Origin: Chrysomallon squamiferum | Lineage: Eukaryota; Animalia; Mollusca | DNA: 64,000 nucleotides | Assembly (NCBI GenBank): GCA_012295275.1 | Contig: CM022676.1 | Span: 12,524,001-12,588,000 of the forward strand | Reading direction: 5' to 3' | In this document: in pieces, positions 13,243 through 25,412 of the stretch | Position numbering within the stretch: position 1 is the first letter of the stretch | Layout: every line of letters starts with the position of its first letter | Notes under the pieces: generated by a model | Seen by the model: only the letters and a program-made list of their open reading frames with translations | Databases searched by the model: none | Told to the model about the DNA's origin: nothing | Program-made: the position numbers and the translations under genes

Positions 13243-14518
13243 CTGAACAAAAAAAAAAAAAAAAAAAAAAATGAAAACAAAGTGATAGTTAAAGTTATAA
13301 TATTCTAGTTCATCACATAAAAGAAATTATGTTTATTGATGATAGAATAGTTGCAGTAGTAGTAGTTGTAGTAGCATTATTAGAAATATTAGATTTGTAG
13401 TAGCAATAATACTAGCTTTATTACAATGAGTAATAGTGGTTGTAATAGTAGTGGTAGTATGGGTAAAAGTAGTAGTATAAATAGTATGGATATATATATA
13501 TAATCCACATAAGTAACTGTAGTAACAGTAGTAACAGCAGGATTAGTATGAACAGAAGTAGTTATAGTAGCAGTATGAGTAAACGTAGTAATAGACCTAG
13601 CAGTAGTAGTATCAGTGGAAGTAGTATTATTAGTATGAATAGATTAGTAGTAGTAGCAATGGCAGTTTGTAGAAGTAGTAATACTATCAGTAGAAGCATT
13701 GGTAGCAGACGTATACAGCAGTAACAGTAGTAGTACTGTAGTAGTTGTAGCTGTATTATTATTATTAGTAGTTAACATAGAATAGGAAGACGAGCAGAAA
13801 TGACAAAAGTAGTATGAATAGAAGTAGCAGTAGACGTAGTGGTAGTAATATGAATGGAAGTATAGTAATAGTAGTACGAGTAGAAGTAATATAGTATGAA
13901 GAGGTGTAATAAAGACAGCGGTAGCAATGAAGGAATATTGTGATAGCAAGTGTTAAATGATATTTGTGTAAGTTCTTTCTGGAGCCACAGCAACAACAAC
14001 AACACAGTATTACTACTGCTAGTATTACTCCTACTCCTACTCCTCCGTTTCCTCGTCCTTATCCGACTTTGTATAATAACATTATTATTATTATTATTAT
14101 TATTACTATTAACAAGAAAACAAGAGACCAGCGGGCGTTTAAGTTAATTAGCGTCTACGTTATGACGACTTTTGTGTAACAAATACAGTTTTCAAATTGT
14201 TTTCACTTTGATGTACACGGAGGGATCGCAAGAGGAACTTGAAACTTTGGTCTTTTGTGATAAGCATTTAACAGCGGGATTTGTTAAGATACTTTTCTCA
14301 CTTGTATTGGTACGGTATTAATGCAATGTAATTTGTGTCATTAATATATATCTATGTGTGTGTGTGTGAAAGAGAAACTTAACTCAAAAGTTATATCACG
14401 TAATTACTTGAAATTCTCTTTACTGATCCCATCTTTCAATAGAATTCAATTGACTGATTCCGTACTTTAATTTGAAAATAATTTAATTAGGTTATTTATG
14501 TATGTATATGTATATGTG

Positions 14519-14572
<54 letters not shown>

Positions 14573-14897
14573 TATACATTCATACATACATACACAAGTA
14601 CATACATAAATATATACATACACATGTACATAGATATATATGTTTATATAAATATCCCGAACTGGTATTTACCACATTTGAAAAGCTTGAGTAAAAAATG
14701 TATTTTCTTTGTAGTATTCCTTCACTTCTGTTAGACAATCCCTGCTGTTTAAATAATAAAGCTTTAAGCTAAGTTTTAACACAAATCTGATCCTAAACAG
14801 ACTGAATAAAGGTTTTAACTAATGGATCTCATTTTCGCTAATATCCAACATATTTGTTTTAATTTATCCATTAAAATTAGAAATAAAATTAAAACAT

Positions 14898-15005
14898 ATT
14901 TAGACTGTAATTAACAATCAAGATATTGTAAATGTTGTGACTAAAGTTGTTTCTTCCGGGTACAGGAACTGTACTCTATCTGGGTTAACTTACTGTGTCA
15001 CGTTC
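14898..15005 (-). promoter_or_regulatory. Promoter-leader cassette 1 (dead: leader internally deleted, no ATG or GT)
   Basis: Retains TTGTTTCTTCCGGGTAC..GGTTAACTTACTGTGTCACGT. Confidence 0.7.
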
Positions 15006-15468
15006 TCTCCTATAAAGAGACAGTTTAACCTCACTGTGCCCGCAGTCTGTAGGAATTAGTAATGAATTAAGTGATATGCTGAAAGCTTCAGTGCCATTAA
15101 AGTGAACATTTATTCAGAATCCAAGCCTATTTTTAAATATGTTGCAGCTTACTTGGTGATAGATCTAAGTATACGTAATATACGGTTGTTCAGCGTCAGT
15201 GCGGGTACAGACACCAAAGAGACTATTTCAATCTCAGTTAGTTAAAATTAGAGACCTGCCTATCATTAACAGTTAAGTGAAACAACAACACGCTTACAGC
15301 ATATAGTACAATATCACTTTAATCATGTCATTATTTCATTCTTTCAGGATTGATGCGGAAAAAAGAAATTAAATACAAAAGTACTACTAGCACTACTACT
15401 ACCACTAGTACTATTGCTACTACTACTGCTACTACTATTACTACTACTACTGACAATATAAAATGTAT

Positions 15469-15630
15469 CTAGATTGTTTTTAACAGTTATGACAGAGAGA
15501 AGCAGACATCTTAAGATCGGCATTGTGTGTAGTGTGTCTATGTTTTATCTTCCTGGTAAGCAGACTGTATCTAGGTTAATTTACTTTGTCGCATTTTTAC
15601 TACGGCGCTGTCATTCTGTGAAAGCGTCTA
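15469..15630 (-). pseudogene. Promoter-leader cassette 2 (MPILRCLLLSVITVKNNL; donor GT>AT)
   Basis: 55-nt leader homolog at 15469-15523 followed by ATACAT instead of GT; diverged upstream motif. Confidence 0.65.
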
Positions 15631-16241
15631 CAATTTTCTGTATATTATTTGCCTTACTTTATTTCTTATTTAGTGTCACTTTATTTTATTAATTCATTTC
15701 ATTTACTATAAATTGAATTTTTTATACGAATGTTGCTTAGTCAGGAACGTTCCTTTTTTAGTGAATAATATTTTTATTTTAAAATTGAATTTTTAAATAT
15801 TAATAAATAATCATATAATCATACATTTTATTCATTTTGGGGGGGTTTATATATATTACATAAATTATTCCATTTACGATATTCGATCATATGCACATGT
15901 ACAAATCCTGCACGATACATAACAGAGAAACTTTGATTACAATGAAGATTTTGTTTTGCTGAAACAATTTGAGTTTTGTCACTATGTTTAATATGAAATA
16001 AATCAAAACCTGAAATTAACGAGAAAAAGTTGAAAAGTAGAAAAGTCTTAAAACATTTCTAAATGATTTCACTGTAGTCGCTACGATTATATATTGATGT
16101 CACACTAGAGCTGAATCGTATAATAGAATGTTACTGGAAAATATGAAATGTGAACAACAAATGTGCCCTAGCTTTATGTAGAAGACTAGTTGATTAAAGA
16201 TTAAAATTTTCTCTGCAGGAATTATTTGTTGAAAATCTTAC

Positions 16242-16296
16242 CTAGGCTGTATCTAACAATCATGACAGAAACAAATAAGTATTCGATTAGCGCCAT
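16242..16296 (-). CDS. Intact signal-peptide exon, cassette 3 (MALIEYLFVSVMIVRYSL-G)
   Basis: acaATGGCG, 55 nt, G|gtaaga; conserved upstream module to ~16375. Confidence 0.8.
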
Positions 16297-16614
16297 TGTG
16301 TATACTGTTATTAAACTTGTTTCTTCCGGGTACACGAGTTGTTCTCTGTCGAGGTTATCTTACTGTGTCACGTTACTACAACTGCCCTCTCGCTGTTATA
16401 AAGCGTTAACTTCTAAGCAGCTCTATAAAGTTTATCAGCGAGCATTGGAGTAACTATTGAGCAAAATAAAAACATGTTTATGACATTAACAGAAGGAAGC
16501 ACTGCAGTGAAGTGTTTTGCCATTGTAATCATGCTAATTCATTCTAGCAGTGATAGTCGCAAAAAAATAACAACAAATAAAGAACAAATAAAAGAAATAA
16601 TAATAATAATAAAC

Positions 16615-16662
<48 letters not shown>

Positions 16663-18351
16663 GTAATAATAATAATAACAATTAACACGACATCAAAAAC
16701 GATAATATCACAGTGCCATTGCCTAAACTACGGAATCGGTCACGGGAGAGTCATTTTATATATATGTTTTATATATGTGCATATATTTGAATTCTTTATT
16801 AATAGTCCTTATTTGTAAATCATCTATGTATCTGTCTTTGCGTGTTCTCTCTCTCTCTGTTTGTGTGTTTAAATAACAAATTTTCAGTGTTCTTTTGGTG
16901 TTTGTTTGTTTTGTTGTTATTTCTTGTTTTTCACATAATTTCGTATTGTCTTATTTTCCTGGTTTCTACTGTGGTAAACAGTTATTCGTTTTGGTTCAGC
17001 AGCCGCTTCCGTATGTTAGGTTGTTTGTGGGTTTTCTCTGTTTAAACTCTACATCAGTTTGTATTGACGGTGATCTTAACGATTTGTAAGCCGTGAATAC
17101 TAATTTTACTGTCATAAACTACAACAACTATCTCACTCAAGTCAGGGAGAAAATTCTTTACTGAATCCAGCTAAAGGACGAGTTTTACACGACTGACAGA
17201 AACGTGCAGTGGTGTGTATCTGGTTTTCTCCTCAATTATTCATGATAAAAGAATATATTACGTTCTTCTTGTATATTATCTTATATTCAAACCGAGCACA
17301 TTACAAATATGTTCCAGAAGACAAAAGTCTCAATAAAAAGTTTGTGTTATTGTTAAATCGGATAGTTTATGTTATTAACGTATACAAATTAACTAACAAA
17401 CTGACATAAATACAGAAAGACAGACAGATTTACATCAGATCCGTTGAAACTTAAATTGTAATGATAATAAATAATAAATAATACAACTTCATTCTTTAGA
17501 ATATCGATATCAAATAACGACGTTCGTATTCAGGACCGGACTTAGTGTTTGTATATATTCGGTCAACCTCTGGTTTAGTTCATAATTAAGTATGAAAAAT
17601 GTACAGCTCTTAAAAAGAAATTAATACTTGAAAATGTATTTTGTAAAATTAAATTCTGAAAATATATTTTATTTGATAAAACTGAAACCGATTAACTATA
17701 GCTTTAATAATAGGTAACCAGTTACTATATAAACATTAATGTAGAGAGAGAGAAAGAGAAACAAAAACATATTATTTTTAATTAATACGAAGTTGAAATA
17801 TCTTAACAAGCCAAAAGAAAACCCCCACATCAGTATTACCATCTACACTAACAGTTAACTAAAGTCTTGTACTGTCAGGGGCAGAGTACAATCCCTATGT
17901 TCTGAGAATGTTCCCTATAAACCTGAGGTAGCAGTTGCCATATATGGTCATATCACATGACAATATAGTTACCAGTTTTAACAAAGCTCCCAACAGGAGG
18001 CAGTAATCTTGTTAGAACATACTCACCTCAGATTACTTTATAAATTAATATTAAATACTGACAGTCGTAGAATAGGAAATAGTGATTATTATTTCTTTGT
18101 TGTATACACAGAACGGCTTTTGACAAATAACACTAACGAAAAACATATACAATGTTTAATTCACTGTATGAAACATGTAAAACATTCGGAAGATTTGAAT
18201 ATGCCTCTCTAATATTACTAAAATTATTTCACAAGGAAGAACCAAACAGTAATTATATGAAATAAATAACAAGTGTTGAGACTCGGAGTACAGGCTAGTG
18301 TTACATAAATATCAGACGACTTTTCTAGTGTAAAATTTTAACAAAACTTAC

Positions 18352-18406
18352 CTGTGCTGTATCTAATAATCGTAAGAGAAACAAGTAAATATCTCAACAC
18401 CGCCAT
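18352..18406 (-). CDS. Intact signal-peptide exon, cassette 4 (MAVLRYLLVSLTIIRYST-G)
   Basis: aaaATGGCG, 55 nt, G|gtaagt; conserved upstream module to ~18485. Confidence 0.8.
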
Positions 18407-18865
18407 TTTGTATAATGCGAGTAAACTTGTTTCTTCCGGGTACACGAGTTGTACTCTATCTAGGTTAACTTACAGTGTCACGTTATTACTACAGCGCTCT
18501 AGCTATTGTGTAGCGTCTGTTTCTATCTAAGTTGTATAAACTTTATCAGTCGGATTTAGATTGACCATTAAATAAAATAAAAACATGCTTATGACATTAA
18601 GGGAAAGAGTCACTACAGTGAACACCTTTACCACTGTAATCATACCAGTCTCTAATAAATAACGAAAAAAAAATAAAAAATAAAAAAATAAAAATAAAAA
18701 TAATAATAATAAAAATACTGATAATAATATTGGTGCCAGTGTTTAAAGTGCTAATTGTCTAGGGGCATAAAACAGTGTGACAAGGACTGGTCAGTTATAA
18801 ATTGTAAGATGTATGTATATAATAGAAAAATAATACATCAGGAGTGCAGTTTATTTATGTATATT

Positions 18866-18944
<79 letters not shown>

Positions 18945-19581
18945 AGGCCTATACAACTTAACTTACGCTACCTAATGACGGTATCACTGCGTGTCAACGA
19001 AAGGCCACAGTGTCAAGGTCTGTCCCTTGACCTCCGAGTTCATCAAACTTGTCGACCGCCCGCTTGTCGCTTCCCGAACCAGACTTGAACTCGCCTCGTC
19101 TCAGCCGCGAAGCCCGTGTATTAGATTACTGCGGACGTCGGTGAAATCCGCGGAGTTAAAGAAAGAAGTAGCTACTCGGGCAGACACACTTCAAAGCTGA
19201 GTTAGTTTGTCTCACAAAACGTGTCTTATCTTGGCCGCTAATTAACGTAACTAAAACATTTAAAAACTTCTTTTAGAAATTCGTCATCACATATTTTCCT
19301 TTGACAGTGAGACAGCTTTAATGATTTGCATATATCGTCAGCTAAGTTTATTTACTGATTATAATTATGAATATATGTTTATTTAATACTTGTCGTTATT
19401 TTATCTTTTCTGTATTTAATATATATAGACTAGATAATCTGACGATTGCATATACGTAAAAATCAGTACGTCAACAAAAATCTTTAGTAAGTTTGGGCAA
19501 ATGGAATTTATCTAATGAAACTGTTTTATAGATAAGCGGGTTTTACGTTAAACAATGACTGTATTATCTATCTTCGACACA

Positions 19582-19638
<57 letters not shown>

Positions 19639-20214
19639 GAGGAGGGGGAGGTGGAGGACCATAATGATCTTAATTTTAGATTTACTTAAAATCCCTAGAA
19701 ATGAATCAGAATTTCCACGAAGATTATCTAAACATAGCGAATCTACGTTTAATATAAACACTTGTTTGAACATGTTTTCATATACACTGTTGCTAGAAGT
19801 ATTTTTTTTATAATTTCAGAACAAATTTAAATAATAGCAACTAAAACTATTGTAGTTTGTAGACGAAAGCGAAGTTAGTCTTGCGGTGGATATCTGTGAT
19901 ATTTGAAATTTGCTGATATTTTGATATGAAAATAAACACAATCAAGTTGCATTATTAAACAATTTGTTCTAGTCTAGGTAATAAAGTCTACTCTTCAATG
20001 GATCCAGTCTAATTATGCGACCTCATTAGCTCTCAGTAATTTTTAGCAACAACATATTAAAAACTAAATCTAGAAGAAAATAAATTAATAAAAAATAAAG
20101 AGAAAATAATTGATAAAGAAGAGGCTAAAATTATTTCTGACATATACAATTATTCTGGCTTAGTCTAGTGATAACTATTAAATTAATTAAGCACATGTTT
20201 AATGAAGGGAAGTA

Positions 20215-20335
20215 CGTCCTATAGTATCATTGTTTCATGACTACTGCGGAAAAAACAAATACATATGTTAAGAGCGGCGTTGTGTGTATATATATATACA
20301 GTACATACAACGCAGCTCCTAACATATATAGATGT

Positions 20336-20372
<37 letters not shown>

Positions 20373-20480
20373 TTTATGATAATTTCACCGGATACACCTA
20401 TTGTAACTAGGTTAAATTATTGCGTCGCATCATTAGTATATCGCTGTCATTAAATAAAAGCAACTACAATTTTTATATAT
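20215..20480 (-). pseudogene. Promoter-leader cassette 5 (dead: ATG>ACG, interrupted by TA repeats)
   Basis: ACGCCGCTCTTAACATATGTATTTG resembles cassette 2; CTAGGTTAAATTATTGCGTCGCAT..CGCTGTCATT lies upstream. Confidence 0.5.
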
Positions 20481-21341
20481 TATTTATTTCACTTATTTAT
20501 TATTTAGCTCCACTTTATTTTATTAAATTTTTTAGTTTAAGTAACAAAACGAAACTGCCAAATTTCATTTACTATTAATTGATTTCCTTAAAGTCATATC
20601 ACTTTATCTGCATTGTTTCTATTTATTAAATAAAATTTAAAAATTTCGAATATTAATGAATAGTCTAATTACAGTTTGGTTTCTTACATTCTTTCCATTT
20701 GTCACTTCAGTTCATTTCATCTTACATCAGTTAATATATTTATGACATTCGTTCCGCATAGCATTTTTATATTTGTATAATAATATAACATTATTAAATT
20801 AACATGCACATGTACACATTCTGGAAAGATACGTAAAATAGAACCTTTCTTTCTAGTGGAGAATATATCTTTTTTCAATTAGAGCTTGTCAAAAAAAAAA
20901 AAAAAAAAAAAAATCACGATTCAATGGTACAAAGAGAAAACCAAAATAAAAACAATTTGTGTTTTATTATAATTATAGAAAATGCTTCTAGATCAGGCAA
21001 ATCGTAATTTCATGTTAACTTGAAAACGTTGTAAGATGTGAGATATGAGTTGCATCCCTTTAAGTTTATCGTCTTGATAAGAGATCATTAAATAAAAGTT
21101 ACAACAAATCAAAGTACTGAATTAGATGCTGTTCTAGTTTTGTATCGTTCTCAGCACATGAAAACTCCATTGGTTACTCATAGCTTCAAGTCTCGGACAA
21201 TTTCGAAAATATTCCACAATACCAATCTAGACTCTATCTGACAATCACGATAGAAACAAGTGAGTGTCCTATTGGCGCCGTTGTATATTCTCTCATATAT
21301 TGTTTTTTTCCGAATACACCATCTTATCACATTATTACGAC

Positions 21342-21428
<87 letters not shown>

Positions 21429-21482
21429 ATTTCCCGAGATGACCAAAAAATTTCATCTTTGTAATTTTAGATGTTGAATCAA

Positions 21483-21508
21483 TTACGCTGTATTTTCATA
21501 TACATTGC
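21483..21508 (-). CDS. Gene B terminal coding exon (GNVYENTA*)
   Basis: ctttctag|GC AAT GTA TAT GAA AAT ACA GCG TAA; conserved in paralog C. Confidence 0.75.
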
Positions 21509-22897
21509 CTAGAAAGAAAGAAAGAAAGAAAGAGAAATATAAATAAATTGGACAAAAACGATACTACTGTATATAAAACAAACCTGTTGTATATAAAACA
21601 AACCTAATAATGTTCTTTTAGTCTTGGTTGAAAGTACTTATTAATTGTTCAAGCTCTTCACGAAGTGAATACAATATGTGACTGTATGTAACTGTCTGCC
21701 TGTTTGTGTGTATGGGTTTATGCATAAGGTTCGTTAATATGTATGACAAATTAGCATCTGATTTTGAATTTCCGCAATCATCTTGACTTGTCTTTCATGA
21801 TCTACTTCAGTTTGAATCGTTTTACGTATTAAAAAGACAGCTTCTTTGGAAATAAAAATGTTCTAATAGATCTAGGACCTAAAAAGGATATTCAAAACAC
21901 TGGATTTCTTATTTTACCTGAACGGACAACTGTTTCCTGGACTGAATCCATAGATACATCTTGATATCTGTGAAACATAATAAGATAAATACACTGGAAT
22001 CTCATTCAAGTGTATTTGGTTTCACTAGCATTGCATTAACGAGACAATCACATACTTTGCAGACGCATGTGCGACAATGCAGATATTTTATTAACAGTTA
22101 ATATACTTTCAATCCTGATACAATTTTACAGGAAAATTTACTTTAAACATAAATAATGATATGATATAGTTACGCACTTTAGGCATACTAGTGTCTATGT
22201 CAAAACAAGGTCTGCAGGTAATTTAGTAAACAGACACTGAATATCTATTATCACAGTAGTAATCAGAAATATTTCAACACACTACTCACGTATGTATTTC
22301 ACCTTTAATGTTTGCTGTCTGAACCTGTAAGATACATTTATAGTTGTATTTTACAATCTAAATAAATACTCTTACATTGAATTAATTTTTTTTTAGACCA
22401 ATGAAAAAAAAAAAAGAAGAAACAATTATACAAATAAATAAATGAGAACACACACACACACATAAAGTTAAAGAGAAAAAAAAATTAAAAATAAAAAGTA
22501 AGAAAGAAATAAATAATTAAAAACTACAATAAAGTAAATATGAAATATTGAAAACAATAAAACAACAACTACTGAATGAGTTTAAATTTAACTGACCTCG
22601 GATTGTGTAACCTCTTCTCCTCAAGATGAACAGAATAATTATTGCAGGAAAGCAGAGCAGAAGTATTCCTACTACCAGACCAATTCCAATCCCAGTTCCA
22701 AGTGTTGCCATGGATGAAGATTCTTCTACTGTGATTATAATAACAAATTCAACACATAAATGAAAGATCCGCATTTACGTTTAATTCTGAGACATCTTTT
22801 TATAAAATTATTATAATTCTTTTTTCTAAAGATCTTTCACTAAATAACGTAAATAATTTGGACAATGTCAAATTCACCAGGACCTGTAAACAAGTAC

Positions 22898-22954
<57 letters not shown>

Positions 22955-25372
22955 ATAACGAAAAGAATAAAAATAAAAATAAATATTTTGCTGAAATTTT
23001 AGATGAAGAATCGAAAACCATATAGATTATTTTACTTACTACAATTTATTGTTGTTAAAGTGGTACAAACAGTCAAACAGTAACGGCTGTCATTTTTATT
23101 TGCAGAAGAGTAAATTTTAAAGTGGTAGGAAGAATTGGACTTGAGATGAGAAATGTGCAAATAAGAAGTCTTGTCTTGTGTCTTATTGTCTGACACTTGC
23201 AGACTGATAGACTGGTCTTCAGTAAACAAGCGTTGTTCAACTGTGAATCTAGTGAACTTGTTTGTGTCGTACTTCCATTTGATGTCTGCTGAAGTTTCTG
23301 ACACATTTGTGCAGTAACACCATTCAGGAGCTGATTCAAGAACTAAAACGTGAAAAATGATTTATGTTGTGTTTTAATTTCATCTGCAATATATTTAAAT
23401 ATTGTAGCGTGAGGAATGATATATATGTATTAAAATGTACTCTTTTTAATAAAGTCTACATGAAAAATAAAATTAAAATAACAGTGGCTAATTCTGACCA
23501 GTGTAAAAATGATCAGTGATATTTTCTAATGAATGTTACATGTCAAATAATGCAAATAAAGTTACCTGTAACAATGACACTGGCAGATCCTGACAATGAA
23601 GTGTTAAAAGAAGTTTTTGAAGTTGCTGAACACGTGTACTCTCCTTGGTCTGACTGTTGAAATGAGGAGATTTGAAACAGAGAACTGTCAGTGAGGTGTT
23701 TTGTACCAGTTCGCCATTCAAATACAACACTGTCTGGATTACTGTCAGCTGTACAGCGTAATATCACAAGTTTTCCCAGTTCAACTCTGATGTGACTCTC
23801 TGATAAAATTCTCACTCTGGGTGCATCTACACAGATTGAAATAAAAATAGTACGAAAACAAAATTAGAAGTGGCAACAGAAACATAGACTACAATGTAAA
23901 GGTCGTGAATTATTCCACAGAAAAGTATACAGGTGAAGTTAAAATACAGTTAATATATATTGAGAAGATATGTACAATTATTAAAAGCAGATGAATTAGT
24001 ATCTGTATATTGCAGTAGGATGAGATCAGCATGTCAAAAGCATATATTAAGATATTATTTCAAATTTCTTTATGTATAACTTCAACATTATTTATTTACT
24101 TACAAAAATAAAATAAAATAATAATAATAATGATCAACATACAATATACATTCGTATGAAGAGAATTAGATTCAGGTCTCTGTTGTCCGTTTCTGTCTGT
24201 GAAGAGATTCCCAGCTGTACATTTGTACCAGACTCCATTGTCTTCCTTTGTGGGTGTCAGTGACAAGTTAAATCCTGTCTGTTGAACGTCAGATCCATTT
24301 CTAATCCAGTAAAACTGAGCTGCTGGATTTCCTTTATCACTGTCAGGTAAAGAACAAATCAAAGAGCCTCCTCTGTTTTCTAGCCATGGCTGTTTAGGAT
24401 CTGATGAAAGAGTTGGTCTGCTTGGAGGATCTATTTAATACAATAAATAAATGGTTGTTTGAAAATTAGCGCTCGTAATAAAAACTGCCACGTAATAGTA
24501 AATCCACGAAGGTTGGTTACACTGACTGATTACATAGTGGAATGATCGAAAGGCAAAGTAATATTATCATGTGACAATGAGTAGCCACTGTTTAAGCGAA
24601 GAATTCTTATTATAGTCCGGCAGAAGTACGACTGAACTTCGATGTGACGTCTAAAGATTTGTTTTAGTTGAGAATTGATGTTTAGTGCATATATAGTGAG
24701 AAACTTCCGAGTGAGATCTAGTCACAAGTGAACAACTTCTGCTAGGAGGCTAAGTCAAAAATGGCCGCCACTGTAAATCTCTTTCCCTAATATCTTCATA
24801 AAGGTGAGTTAGAAATATGAATGAAAGATTGTTTTATATGTTTTCAGGCATAAAGAATTTAACGCAGTTTGATTTTACCAATAATGCAAACACAAAAAAA
24901 AAAAAAAAAAAAAAAAACAACCATAAAATAATGAATACATGGCTTTTTATGTCAAATTAAAGTCCTGTAGGCCTTTTAATATACTGTATGTTTTCATGTT
25001 TAGTACATGTTAAGGATTTGCGATGATTTAGAATTGGATTGTTGAACTGATACTGAGTGTGACAAATCATGAACCATTTGTCTGGCAGAAAATTCAAGAA
25101 TATGATGCAAGACAGACTGGCACACCTTCAACAACATCTGGATAAACGACAAATTGTATCATTCTCGGATCCAAATCTGGTACGACATCTGTTGGTGTCA
25201 TCTATCCACCATCCATATTTCTATATATTTATCCATTAAACGTCAATTACCATCATTAAAAATATGTAGAGGCCAAAACGAGGTTGAACACAAATATGAC
25301 ATTTGTCTGCTGGGCTATTATTAATGTTTGAGAGAAAGACCTGATTAAAATAATAATAATAATAATAATAAT

Positions 25373-25412
<40 letters not shown>

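Larger units (their letters stand above)
17..18406 (-). pseudogene. Gene A: multi-exon IgSF receptor (leader, 7 Ig, FN3; 3' end off-window) with three apparent frame defects; pseudogene or null allele
   Basis: Phase-1 GT-AG exons at 18352-18406 (or 16242-16296), 8111-8437, 6505-6851, 5857-6153, 4262-4542, 3637-3906, 3044-3340, 983-1321 and 17-330. Three exon lengths (347, 281, 314 nt) break the frame when the best donors are used. Confidence 0.75.

Noticed and set aside
13340-14110. ORFs rich in Y/L/T
   Set aside because: Translations of degenerate AGT/AAT microsatellites.
18990-19200. GC-richer patch with a B-box-like GAGTTCAAGTC on the minus strand (tRNA or SINE?)
   Set aside because: No cloverleaf or A-box could be folded; probably a repeat fragment.
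21638-21757. 120-nt open frame in the gene B tail containing ITIM-like VTYSHI
   Set aside because: Weak acceptor and donor. The homologous region in C uses another frame and is full of stops, so the motif may be chance.
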